In this document: positions 37,525 through 49,560 of the stretch, in pieces
Layout of the letters: the number at the start of each line of letters is the position of its first letter
Position numbering within the stretch: the first letter of the stretch is position 1
NCBI GenBank assembly: GCA_013239625.1
Contig: MU057356.1
Span: forward strand, 20,466,980 to 20,530,979
DNA: 64,000 bases
From: Lama guanicoe
Taxonomy: Eukaryota
Reading direction: 5' to 3'
Made by a program: the position numbers and the translations under genes
Notes under the pieces: model-generated
What the model was told of the DNA's origin: nothing
Databases searched by the model: none
The model's input: the letters and a program-made list of their open reading frames with translations, nothing else

Positions 37525-37698
37525 CCTTGCTTCTCCAGGTGCGGCCCCTGGACCGGCAGCATCTGCATCTCCCGGGAGCTTGCGAGGAATGCGGAAGCTC
37601 AGGCCCCACCAGCGGTGCTGGGTCAGAATCCGTGTGGTAACAAGACCCCAAGGTGGTGCTGAGGTTGCTGACCAGGGACCACACTTTGAGAACCACTA
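37525..37698. mobile_element. MER5A (hAT-Charlie MITE)
   Basis: ttctccaggtgcggcccctggaccggcagcatctgcatc…taacaagaccccaaggtg…gaccacactttgagaaccact. Confidence 0.85.
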
Positions 37699-39759
37699 CC
37701 GGAGAGCTATTCAGGGAACCTACACCCCTGGAGTATCGCCCGGGGTGTCTTCCTGTACAGTTAGAGGAGACAGTTAAAAGCACTCATTTCCTTTGCTGGC
37801 AGAGGCGGCCAGTTGGCAGGGCAGCACCCTTGGGGTGGAAAACTCACTTTCCGTTCATCACCACCAGCTGTCTCCCTGGTCCAGCCTGCCCCGTACCCCG
37901 CCCCCACATCTGCTCAGCCCTGCCCCTCCTCTCTGCCCACAGGATTTCCAGACCAACTTGGCAGACACACGGGAGAGGGGTCCCAGCTCATTATCACAGC
38001 AAATCTGAACCAGGTGATAGAAAACAGTCGCAGGTTATGCACAGAATTGGAATGAATATGAACTTTCCCAAAAAAGCCATCAAGAGCAGCATAACTTCAG
38101 GAGCAGCAGAGGTCCCTGGAAACACGGTGTATTTTTCCCACGTCAGGCCACAGAAATGCCTGCCATCCTTTTTCAGGATCTGGAATCTGTGAACCTTCTC
38201 ATTGTTTATGTGTGTCAAAGAGTTTGTTATTATCTTAGCGACTATTTTACTAATATTAATCTTTACTGATGTACCACTTACTATTTTTTAAAAAATCTGT
38301 TGTAGCAGTATCACCTAAAAGACCCCTGAATGGGGATGCTCAGCTAAGGCTGATCTGAGGGGCTCCCAAATCAAATCTTTGCAAGAGAAGTCAGATGGGG
38401 TAAAATGTCACGATGAAACGTGTGCATACACTTTGAGGTGCTGTTAATGTGGGGAAAGGCTCTGCCAAATATTAAAGATAATGTCGGGGGGAAGGCAGCT
38501 TTAAAGCAAAAGGACAACATAGTAATTAGAGATTTATGCTCTCCTGGAACATGTTCCCCTGACTTTATATTTACTGCTGTGGGAAAATTTGTCTTGAATT
38601 ATGCCAGATCTTCAAAAAAGCACCCGTTGCATAAAATGTGACCATGGCATACATGAGAATATTTTAGTCCTCGGATTTCTGAAGACAAAAATGTATCCTG
38701 TTGTGTCCAACCTGGTTTCTCCCCTTGGTTATGGAACTCATCGCCTTCACTGGGAGGGGCCTCCTAGCCTCCCTTTGTCCCCAGGGACCTCACACCCCGA
38801 GCCTTGCATGCAGTAGTGGACACCCAGCAACATCATTACTAATAAGAGAGCTGGTTTTGAATTTGTCTTTTTAAAATCCAGGCTAGTAACACTTTTTTTG
38901 AGCTCCAGCTTTGAGCAGGATTCCTGTCTGCTCTGCTGGGTGGGTGTTTTACTTCTCAGTGCCTCAGGTTCCCATCCTTACAAAGAGATTCGTCCTCAGC
39001 CTGACAGTCCTTGCTTGAAGGGAGCTGTACGAAGGCTACAGATGGTGCCCTTCGGCAGTGAGGAGGGGCGGGGGCCTAAGCCACGTCTCCAGCAGTGGGA
39101 AGGGGTGTGCAAGTTCACCCATGCTGTGTCTGCTCTTGCTCTGGGGTGAGGGGCCATCACGGGTGGACAGAGCCATCAGTTCTTTTTCCCTCTGCAAGAC
39201 CTATGGCCTGTATATCCAGCAGTAGGATGTGGAGGGCTCTGTCTCAGAACAGAGTGTGAGGTTTGGTCTGGGGTCTCTGTAGCAAGTGGTAAGTCAAACT
39301 GTGAGTGGATGAGCTCTGAGTACTCAGAGGTAACAATGGATTGGAGGTGGAAGGTGGGAGACACTCCACCTCAGGGGGGGCAAGAGGAGGAAGAGCAGAA
39401 GAGGATTAGAGAGATGGAGTGGCAGGGGCCCAGATGGGATGGTCTTTTTGCCTCCTCTTGTGCAGACTCCTCCTTGGTCGCTACCCAAAATGGAGGGTCG
39501 CTGAGGCCAACAAAGAAGTGCTGAGTTGAACTGTATGAAGTTGCCATTTTTAGGTCCAAGATGGTTGACTACTGGCAATCTCATATGGTTTAACCTAAAT
39601 TTACCTGGTGGGAAGGCTGGAGGGGAAAGACATGGGAGCCTCTGAAATTTGCGTGTGGCAGGAGGTGGGGGAGGGGATGATGGTGAAAAATGAGGCCGAG
39701 CGGCAGGGAGACTCAGTCTGTTGCCCACTGGGTGGAGGCTGCAGTGGGCTTCAGAGGTG

Positions 39760-39980
39760 ACCCTGCCCCTTCGGAGCGGTCAGAGGGATTACTCCTTTGA
39801 GTCACCTCCGCATCACTGTTGTCCTCATTCTGATTATGCCTCATATTATGTTGCCTTGTACGGATTGGTTTTCGTGTGTCTCCAGAGGGCAGAGACAGTG
39901 TCCTTCTCCTGTGCACCCCAGCACCTTGCCTGGGTGCCTGATACCCAGTGGAGGCTCCAGTAAAGAGAGACTGAGTTGAA
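39760..39980 (+). mobile_element. L2 3' end
   Basis: ctccagagggcagagacagtgtc…gggtgcctgatacccagtggaggctccagtaaa. Confidence 0.6.
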
Positions 39981-40489
39981 GCAGAAGCCTACTCAGTCAA
40001 CACAGCATTCTTCTGGAGAACTAGCTGGGAATCTTCCAGAGTAAGGAACAGGACACAGTGTATCTTGAAATGACTGGATGACAAAATATGTTGTTTTCAT
40101 GGAACATCTCCCAGGACTGGTGCTGTCCAGAATGCATTTTGGTCACTGAGACAGGAGTTGGGCTGAGATACATCTATGCACATCTAGGAACAAGAAATTA
40201 ATACTGTAAGCTAGATTTCAAGGTAGGAATATAAAGACACCTAGAAGGGGAAAAAAACTGTTTCTAAAGACCTGAGAAGTATGTCAGAAATCATAAATAA
40301 TTGATATAATATTAATAATAATTTAATTATTCATTCAAATAGGTTCCCTAAAGATATGGATGAAGGAAGACCAGATGAGCTTAGCTGAAGACATACACTT
40401 AATATGACCACATGGCTTCAAATAGATCCTAACGTCTCAATAATTCAACCTACTTCTACCACTTTATTCCATACTTAGAAGATTTTAAT

Positions 40490-40940
40490 CTATCCATTCA
40501 ATTTACTAATTCATTTGAAAATATGTGACAGGTACTGTATCACGGTGCTACCAAGATAAATCAGGAAGGGAATTTGCCTTCAAGGAGATTTCTATAAGGG
40601 GTGCTAAGCCAGGTAGATTAGACTTAACGAATATTCTCCCATGTAGAAAGTGGTAAGTGGTATATGAAAGACAAAGACACGAGCTAGGGGCTTCTGAGGC
40701 CGGCAGGTTGCTTCTGGCTGAGGAATGAGGGGTATTTGCGGAGGGAATTCTATCTGGGAAGGCGGGCTGTTGGTGAGGAAGGGCATAACTGGCAGGAGGA
40801 AAGAGCGCCCTCTCCTGGGCACCCTGGATCGTGTTGAGACCCTTGAGCATGTTTGTCCAGTTCAGCAGCCAAGGTCTGAGACGTGATGCTGTAAGTGATG
40901 AGGAGCCACAAAGCGATCAGAGGAGTGACGGGGAGCAGCC
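40490..40940 (-). mobile_element. L2 fragment
   Basis: tccattcaatttactaattcatttga…gccttcaaggagatt…gtggtaagtggtata. Confidence 0.5.
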
Positions 40941-43375
40941 AGTGACAGTGGAGCTGCGAGAGGGAGAATTGACAGCTGCAAACCCACAGAATAGGAGTTT
41001 GTGAGAGGCTTTAATGGAGAGTTCCCAGTTAAAAGAAATCATGTGCATGCTGAAAATGTGAAATCTTCAGCTTGGATCTGTCTGCCTCAGTATTAACATG
41101 TTCCACCAACCCACACTTGAGAGTAGCCAAGGAGATCCTGGCAAACGCACCAAACCATTTGCCAAGGGAAGGAGAATGGAAAGTGCCCTTTGGAGTCAAG
41201 CTATTTAAAACAGCAGAGGAACAAAATAAATGAGCCAGGTCATTTCAGTGTGAGGACATTGGGAAATGTCCTGGCCATATCACCTCAACTTCACATTGCG
41301 TCATCATTAATGGAAATTGGCTCTAAAGAGGTGCCACCACGTGAGTGGTATACAGGCAATTAAAAACAAAACATGGTGCACTGGCTTTCCATAGAGTATT
41401 TCCACCACAACAGAACATCTGCTATGGGATCTCACTTAATTTTCCTATCAACCCTAGGCACAATTTTACTCCCATTTTGTACATTTTCTAAGGAAAGTGA
41501 GGCTCAGAATGGTCCCCAAAACTAAAATAGGCGAACTTGCAAGCCAGTATCAGAGCCTCAGTTTGAATCTAGGTCCTTTTGATCCCAAACCCAAGGGTCC
41601 ACAGAAGTCACACCTTTGCTTAACAAACACCAACTCCCATCTTCTCAGCATCCTGGGTCCCTTGTCTGTAAACCAGGCAGTGAGGCTGGGGCTGAGGCCA
41701 GTCTGCTCACTTCACAGGGCCATTTTGAAGCTCAGATGAGAAAGTAACTTCTCAACTCTGAAGGGAGGACATTGCCAGTAGGTGTGCTTTGAATGAGAGA
41801 TGGGGGAGCTGCAAAGCAGCCAGGCAAAGCATGGGCTCTTTCTCCAAAAGCAGAATTGGCAATGCTGGGCCGTCACGGGAGGGAGATACCTTTAAGGAGG
41901 CGGTGGGAGGAAGCGGCCCTGAAAGAAGCTGGAGGCTCTCCAGTTTTACCCAAGGCCATCTCTGGGTCCTGCGGGACTCCAAGCCAGTGGAACCCCTTTC
42001 ACACTGCTGCCCTCACTGGCCTGGCCCCCGGCCTCAGGCCAGGTGCTGAAAGACAGCTCGGGCCAAGGCCACCACCAGCAACCCTGCTGAGGGACAGATA
42101 TGGTCTGAGCCATGAGGCTGTCCTGCCAATAGGAGAGAAATGTATCCGAACGGAGGCCAGGAAGCCTTCCTTCCTCCACTAGCAGAGGAGGTCCGTGGCT
42201 CCCCACAGTCTGCGCAATAAATCAGTCCAAACACACCAGCTTTGAAGCTATAGGGGGCCCCTGTTATCACAGGCCAAACTCAGAGTCAGTGCTGCAGGAT
42301 TTATCTTCTGGTTCATAAATCCTGGTTGATCGGAGCACATCCTCCCCGCTTTGCTGAATCCTCTCCAGTGAGAACTATCCACAAAGCCACGGCCACGGGT
42401 CTCCAGGCCAAGAGTCCAGGGCTGGCAGAAAAGGCACTGTGTACCTAGCAAACCAGAAACTTATGGTTTGACTTCCCAGTGTACAGAAATGTTGGGGGAA
42501 GGGAGGGAGGTTCTACCTAAGTTATCCAGAAAATGGTCTTGTCCTCTACTTGGCTTGGGTGTGGAGAGTCACTCCCCAGGGCTTCGGGCTTCCTCCGTTG
42601 AAAGCTCTAACCAGACATTTCTCCCAGCCTCGACTCCCAGCAGGTCTTTGGCTGGGTGTTAGTGGGTCTGTGAGCATCCTGAAGTTGTCCGTGACATGTC
42701 TGTACCGTGCGTGTATGTGACAGGGAAGACCCCTACTGGTCTCTTATCAGTCTCTTTCCGGGGCTTATTACTTATTTCTTGAGCGATGCGCGATCCAGAA
42801 AGAGTTAAGAACCGCTGCTCTGGGAAGATAAACCTCCTCTGTTCTTCCTCTCTGAGAAGCAGGCCCTTTGCTCCCAGACTCCCAAGATCTGTTTTCACCT
42901 GCCCAGAGCACCAGCTGCAGGCAGGCCCCTAGCTGTGGCTCTGCAACTGGCATTTAGCTCTTGAGAAACTGGCAGCGCTTTCTCCCTGACTCTTAGGGGA
43001 CACCCTTGCCCTCCTCAACCTCACCCTTCCAGGCCATTCTCCCTCATAAAGCACGTTTCTACAGACACCCAGTTACCTCCTGGAGTAGGTCCCGGCAGGA
43101 TGGCGGCAGGGGCCTTCTCGGGGACAGAGCTCAGTCTGCAGGGAGACTCCAGAGCATCTCTGCACTCTGCTGCTGACTAGCCCCAGGAAAAGAATGTAAC
43201 AGTTTGCACAGAGCTGAGTGTGCTACATAATCCTGTCGTAAAAGAAAGAAAGCCCCCTAGAGGTAAACAAGAACTACCAGAAGACCGCAGCGGCAGCAGC
43301 CATCCTAGCCAGGAGACGTGGTAACTGCAGAAATGGTAAAGAGCTGGCCGAAAACAGCACAGGGATGTTGTGCAA

Positions 43376-43421
43376 AAATAAATAAATAAATAATAATAAT
43401 AATAATAAAAAAAATAAAAAA
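43376..43421. repeat. (AAAT)n/(AAT)n A-rich simple repeat
   Basis: Read directly. Confidence 0.85.
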
Positions 43422-43879
43422 TCAGAAGCCAGGGAGATTCAGACAAAAGAAGCACAAAGAAGCCCTTTGAATGCCTCTCTTGCCTCTCCCAAAGAGGTGT
43501 CCTGAGGGTCCAGGAAAACCAGCAGGGCTCCGCAGAGGTGAGGAGGGCCGGATGCCATGCTGCGCCCCAGGGCAAGCCCCGGAACCCTGCAGCATCACGG
43601 GTCTGCTGCCCCACTTGGGAATACAAACCTGGAAAAGTTTTGCCATTAACAGAAAAGCCTCAGGTTCATGTCATTCCTGCATGGCTCACATGTAATAGAG
43701 AAAAAGCTCTCTTCTTAGCAGCTCGGTGCATCCTTCCTGGGGTGGTCTGCTACTCTGGAGGAAAGGGGAAGCGTGGAGAACAACTTTTCTCACCAGTTTC
43801 CTATCTCTTTGGAACAGCGCGTCCTGCTCCCAGCTCAAGGAGGGTGTTGGGGGTGGGGCACTTCTGCCGCGAACAATGG

Positions 43880-44790
43880 ATAAGAAATAGGTTTATTAAT
43901 ATGGAAGATTGTTTACAACATATTATCAAATTTTAGAAAAGGTGTAGAGCAAGTCACACCAGAGTATGTGCATTCTGATTCCATTTGTGTATGAAAGTAA
44001 AATGAGCAAACAAAATTATATAAACCTAAATATACACATATAAGTATATACACTCATATGCATACATCTATATTTCTCTCTATATATGTATATACACACA
44101 ATAGGCATATATACAAATAAATACGTAGATTTCTGTAAGTGTAGATGTTAACATTCTATATCTTTAAATAGTAGGATTCTGAGTGATGTCTTCTTCTGCA
44201 TAGATTTTGTTTGTTCTAGAACTTTTTCTACACATGAATGAAAAATATTGCCTGCCACATCAGTAAACAAAGGATGCTGAGGCCATCAAGTCATCAGCCA
44301 GCTTCCACCACCCCCGACAGCGAGCCGGAGGGAACTCAGGATGGAGACCAGCAGGCAGCCCGGTCACTGCAGCCACCCCCAAGGTGCCCCCTGAGGGGAC
44401 TCAGGATGTGGAGAAACAGGACACTGGCCCTAGACAGCCAGGTGCATATCAAAGGAATGAGGATTTCAATGAGTCCAGATCTTTGTACCTTCCCATACAC
44501 AGAAAAGCTCTAAATTCCTTAACTTGAGATATCTGGTTTTCTTTAACTAACAGTAATCTTTTGATGTTCCAACTACCTGGTCTTCATGGGAAAAACTCCT
44601 GTGTATCCTGGCTCCTCCCCTACCTCTTCCAAGCAGTCCCTCAGAGCCATCTGAGAGACCACTTCCTGGGCTCGAGTTCTCAGAAAGTCCACCAAATAAA
44701 ACAGAACTCAGCTTTTAGGTTGTGCAATATTTTGGTTGACATACAACAACTATATATAATTTCTTTCTTTAGTTTAAAAGAAAAAAAAAA
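43880..44790 (+). mobile_element. Old L1ME-type 3' end interrupted by an ERV LTR
   Basis: atggaagattgtttacaacatatt…gattccatttgtgta…taggattctgagtgat…ttttctaca, continuing to an A-rich end at ~44790. Confidence 0.5.
44235..44741 (+). mobile_element. ERV1-class solo LTR (507 bp)
   Basis: TG…CA termini, 4 bp TSD caca/taca (one mismatch), AATAAA near 44695, internal direct repeat gaggg(a/g)actcaggatg. Confidence 0.8.
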
Positions 44791-46349
44791 CCCAGCTTCT
44801 TCTGCCAGGGACGCATGTTAGCGAGATGGACAGCGTGAGGGTAATTCACTACGATACAGAAAGATGCTGAGAGGCTAGGCGGTTCTGAAAGCAGCAGCCC
44901 GTAATGTTTACAGTCAAGAGCTCAGCACTGGTGTGGCCTGAGAGATGCTGCATTTCCCAGCTGGTATTTCAAAGAGCAAAACTCAGAGATAGAAAGAGGA
45001 GAGAAAGCAGAAAAGTTAAGTGACAAACCTGAGGCCCAACAGGGAGATGCGGCCAGAGGTATAGACTTCACATCAGAAGCTGTCATTTTGTACAAAATAC
45101 CATGGATATCTGAACCATCCACTCATAAGTGGCTTCTGTGTTTCTGAAGCTGAGAAATTAATCCACTTACAAAAGGGAAGTGTTTGTTCTAGAATCTCTT
45201 TCAATGGAGCAGAGATACTTCAATTCAGCTCAATGAGTTTGGTCAGAGTCCTCTACTTAGTTCTAAAAGGCAAGACCCCCTCTCTCTTTGAGAAACAGCT
45301 CTGTCAACAATGACAATACCTTACTCTCCTGAAACAGTTCTTGTGTCAACTGTTCACTCTTCACAACAGCATTATCATGTAGATGTGACGGGTACTTTAC
45401 ACACATTCTACAGATGGGTAAACTGAGGCTGAGGGGCACAACCAGGACTTGATCCTAATGTACTGACTCTCCTCCCTAGGTAACTTATTGGAGCATTTAA
45501 AAACCAAAACTCATTCCAAGGCAGCCGTTTATTCCACATACGCACTGCAATGTTTGATATTTAAGCAAAAGAAAGGGCGCAATCATGCAAATCTTATTTA
45601 TCGTTTCGCCTCATTACACAATCAAATTAAAGTTGCTGATACACTGAAGTGTGAGCCCAATTTTTTTGTTCTGTTTTGTTTTGTTAATGCCACAGCGGAA
45701 TTTCTGGTCTACTAATCAACCTGAAGCCTGGCCTTTCCTCCGCCAGAGCGATCTTTCTGGAAGGAGGAAACACGCTCTGCTGCAGGAAGCTGACCCGGCC
45801 TTGGTCGGGTGGGCTGGGAAGCCGAGTGGGCCCAGGGTCTCTGCCCTTTGACCTCTCTCTCACCACCAGGGCTGCGCTGCCCCATCCCAGTCCCATCCTG
45901 GCAAGAGCCTGGGGCAGGCGTGGGAGGAAGGGAGGACACAAGTGACTGCCCCCTTCGTTTCACACTCCCTTGGACAGGCTGGCTGGCAAGTGCTTCCCCA
46001 TGGCCCCAGGGCAGCCTCTCCCTCTGCCTTTCAAACACCCCATGCTTTCAAAGTGGAAGCTACACTCTTCAAAACTAACCCGTGTGCAAACAGCACTGAT
46101 AAGAGTGCAGAATAGACTCTCGGGTGCCTTTTGTGCTGAAAAATAAACCTCGGAGGACAGAAGTCGCTTGCTGAGGGGCGGAGGTGCCCAGGTGGTACTG
46201 GCTACCCGGCTCTGCCTCCCGCCGGGCAGGACCCTGCGGGGTCTGGAGGAGAGTGTTGACAGAGCGGCAGGTTCTGGGTGTGTGTTTGGTTTGGCAGTGC
46301 CTCAGATGTCCTTCATTTGTTTTGTTTGTTTAATTTAGAAAAAAATGAA

Positions 46350-47140
46350 TTCATGTCTTTCAACTTAACTTCTTGAACAGGCAATACATTTGCATAGTTT
46401 GGAAACAAAAATAATATAAAACTGAAGCCCTGGAGAAATCTTGCTCACACCTCTGCCCTCCTCTCCCTGCTCTCTCCCTTCCTTATAGGCAACCATCTCT
46501 ATGAGTTTCGAGTGTATTCTTCCAGTTTGTTGCCCAATACACTTATTTCCTCCCTCCCTTACTGAACAGGCATTCTCAACAAGGGTGGTACCGCCCCCAT
46601 GGGGGTGAAAATTGGTTTCCAGAAGTGAAACATTCTTACTCTTTTTATGTATAAATCACAGATACACATTATGCATACAGCACACAAACAGATAAACATG
46701 GTATTAAATTTTCATGGGGGTGGCAATTAGGAAAAATAGCTTAAACAGGCTTCTTGGAGGGGAAGATAACGAAGAAAAGGTTGAGGAACACCATTACAGA
46801 AAGCAGTATACAACAGGCACTGCTCTGCACCTTGCTTTTTTTCACTTTACAATACATCCTAGAGATCTTCCCGTATCAGTTCCTACAGATCCACCTCGTC
46901 CCTTTTTATTGGGGTGCAGCACTCCATTGTGCAGATGTACCACCATCTGACCAATTCCCTGCTAGTGAATGCCTGGGTTGATTCTCATCTTTGGCTATTG
47001 CACTATCACAGTGAAGAGCCTTGTGCGTGCACTGAACATACACACGGGTATGTCTGCATACAGATGCCCAGAAGTGGGGTTGCTAGGTCCAAGGGTGAAT
47101 TCCTTTAAAATGCAGATGGACATTGCCAGACGCCCCTCCA
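46350..47140 (-). mobile_element. Old L1M (L1MC/ME-like) 3' region
   Basis: ggcaaccatctctatgagtttcgagtgtattcttccag…gcaccttgcttttttcact…cccagaagtggggttgctaggtccaagggt. Confidence 0.7.
46567..46793. mobile_element. MER112 (hAT-Charlie) nested in L1M, with 8 bp TSD
   Basis: caggcattctcaac…ggtgaaaattggtttc…ggtattaaattttcatgggg…gttgaggaacacca. TSD ttactgaa (46559-46566) and ttacagaa (46794-46801). Confidence 0.75.
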
Positions 47141-49334
47141 TTCTGTCTTCCAGCTGAGTCTGTCACCCAGTAAGCAAGAAACAATTCAGTTAGTCTTTCA
47201 GTGGATTTGTCTGATACCTCCTCAGGGTCATGGGAGTGGTTGCTGGGCTGGGGGCAAGGAGGCCACAGGGCCTGGGGTCTTCTCTTGGCTGTACTGTGAC
47301 CAGGAAGGGACCCTGCATCTTGGATGAAGAGCTTTCAGGCCATCAGAAGGATTGTTACTTGGGATGAGCTTGGCCAAAGTGTGGGATGTGGCACCCTCCC
47401 CCGCTAATCTGGAGCCTCCATCCTACGAGTGGGCAGCTCCCAGCACAAGCTGAACACAACCCAACCTTGACTTCAAGTCTGGGAGCAAAGGGCCTGCCCA
47501 AGGAGGTCATGTGGAGTTTTCTGACTGCCACACAGCTCAGCCCTGACACAAGTCTCTTCCCACTGTCCTGGGCAGGAAGGGAAGTCAAGCTGTAGTGGCC
47601 TCATCGTCCCTGGACACGTTGAGGATACTCTCCCCACCACCACATATGCGGGCAGGATGCATCAGACAGGTACAGCCAGTGCCCGCCACGCCCCCCAACC
47701 GACTCTACGAATATTTTATTTGGCCCTTAAATTATTTAAACCAACGTAATCGTATTTGCTTTCAACAGAAGTCTGCTGTGTTCATGGGTGCGAAAGCAGA
47801 CCAAATGCAGCCCCTGGGGCGGCTGGCTGCTGCTTTGGGCTCTACTTGGATCCCCTTCTGGAGAAGTCATCACAGTGGGGGGTACACACCCCCATTCTCT
47901 GGTGCCTGTTATTCGAGGTTGAACACATCACATAATGCAGAAATTTTCTGCTGCGTTACAGACTCTTCTCATTTATTCAAGACCTCTCCTTCCTCATCTC
48001 CAAGTCAGATTTCCTGGGTCCACCTGGTCCTTCCTACACAGTTCTGTAAGCATCTCGAGACTCCCACCCAGCTCAAAGATTGCTTTCTGGTTGGGTGAAT
48101 GAATTTAAAGAAATAAACACCTGCCATGAACGTGACTTCAAGGATGGAGCGGGCACAGCACCTCCCCTCCCCTCCGTGTGTCTCTCCATGAAGCTGAGTG
48201 CAATATAGCTTGTGCCAGTGAGACACATGAAACCCCTGTCAAACCACATGAGTTGTGAACCATCAGTCATAGTCCCATTTGCTCTGCCACGGTGTAAAAC
48301 TTACCGATTTTTCATCAAGAAAGAAAAGAAGGACTATGACGGCTTCAATATAACTCAGATGCTGTGACACCTCCATCACCTACGTTCACCTGGCCGCCCG
48401 CCTCCTCTGCATCCCCAGATGGGTCCAGCCTGCCGCACCTACCTGGCGAGTCTGGGCACACACGTCCGTCCCTCCCTCCCTCCCTCCCTCTCAGGTGATC
48501 AATACTTCAGGCAGTTTCCACTGTTGTTTCGTTCATGGTAACAGCAGTGGAAAAAGATGTCAAAATTGCAGTCTCTCCTTTTTCTCCCCGGTAATCTTCA
48601 CTGTGGTTATTATTCTCCAGTACCCCCACGCTCTCTCCCCACCTCCCGCCCGCTCCCAACCACCAGGTCCCTTCACAAAGAGATCCAGAGGACAACAGAC
48701 AGCAGTACTTGTGTGCAGTACTGTCCCGGCTTGAAGGGTCCCTCTATGTCTATGACAAAAATCCCATGGCTTCTCCAAGGCCCTTCCTAGATCCCAGGTG
48801 CATCTGAATCACCAATTTCTACTCCTAGAATGCACCTTTGGCCATACTAGGCCAACCTCTGCAGAGTGGGCCGAGGAATACTGCCAGACGCCAGGCACTC
48901 ACAGGCAAGCCTCGGCCCGACGCTGATTTGTCTCTTAGTGCTCTGTTGCTGGAAGGCTTGGTTTGGGCTATGGACTCTTGATACCACCTCTGAGCAATGA
49001 CAGCATGGGGCCGACATGCTGACATGGAAAGGGTGCTCATCTGATGTATTACATTTAAGGAAATGTGGCAATAGTGTCATCTAAAGTCTAAGTCAGTTTT
49101 ATCAAGTCCCCTGTGACTTAAAACAAAGGGAGGAAAATGGGGTCACTGTGTAAGAAATGGAAGGTTCATTTATTCTTGAGCCATCTACTTATTTATAAAT
49201 AAATATCTATCAATATGCAAAGTAAATGAACATGCATCGATAATGCAAAGTGCCATGTGGTGGAGCAGAAAGACGGGTAAGATGGGCCCCTGCTGTCAAA
49301 AAGTCTAAAGAAGATACAACAATGATGATAAAAT

Positions 49335-49560
49335 AAGCAGCAGCAGCCAGCTAACATTGCCAGTCACTGTTCTACACAGTCAACACGGATTTGCTCATTT
49401 GACTTGCACATCAGTTCTCTATGGTAGTTAATTATTATCTCATTTTATAGGTGAAGAAACTGATGCACAGAAAGGTTAGTTAATTTACCCAAGGTCACAC
49501 AACAAACCCCGAAGCCAGAGTGTGCACCCAGAAAACCTGCCTCCACATACTCAGCCACTA
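49335..49560 (-). mobile_element. MIR SINE
   Basis: cattttataggtgaagaaactgatgcacagaaaggttagttaatttacccaaggtcacac. Confidence 0.8.
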
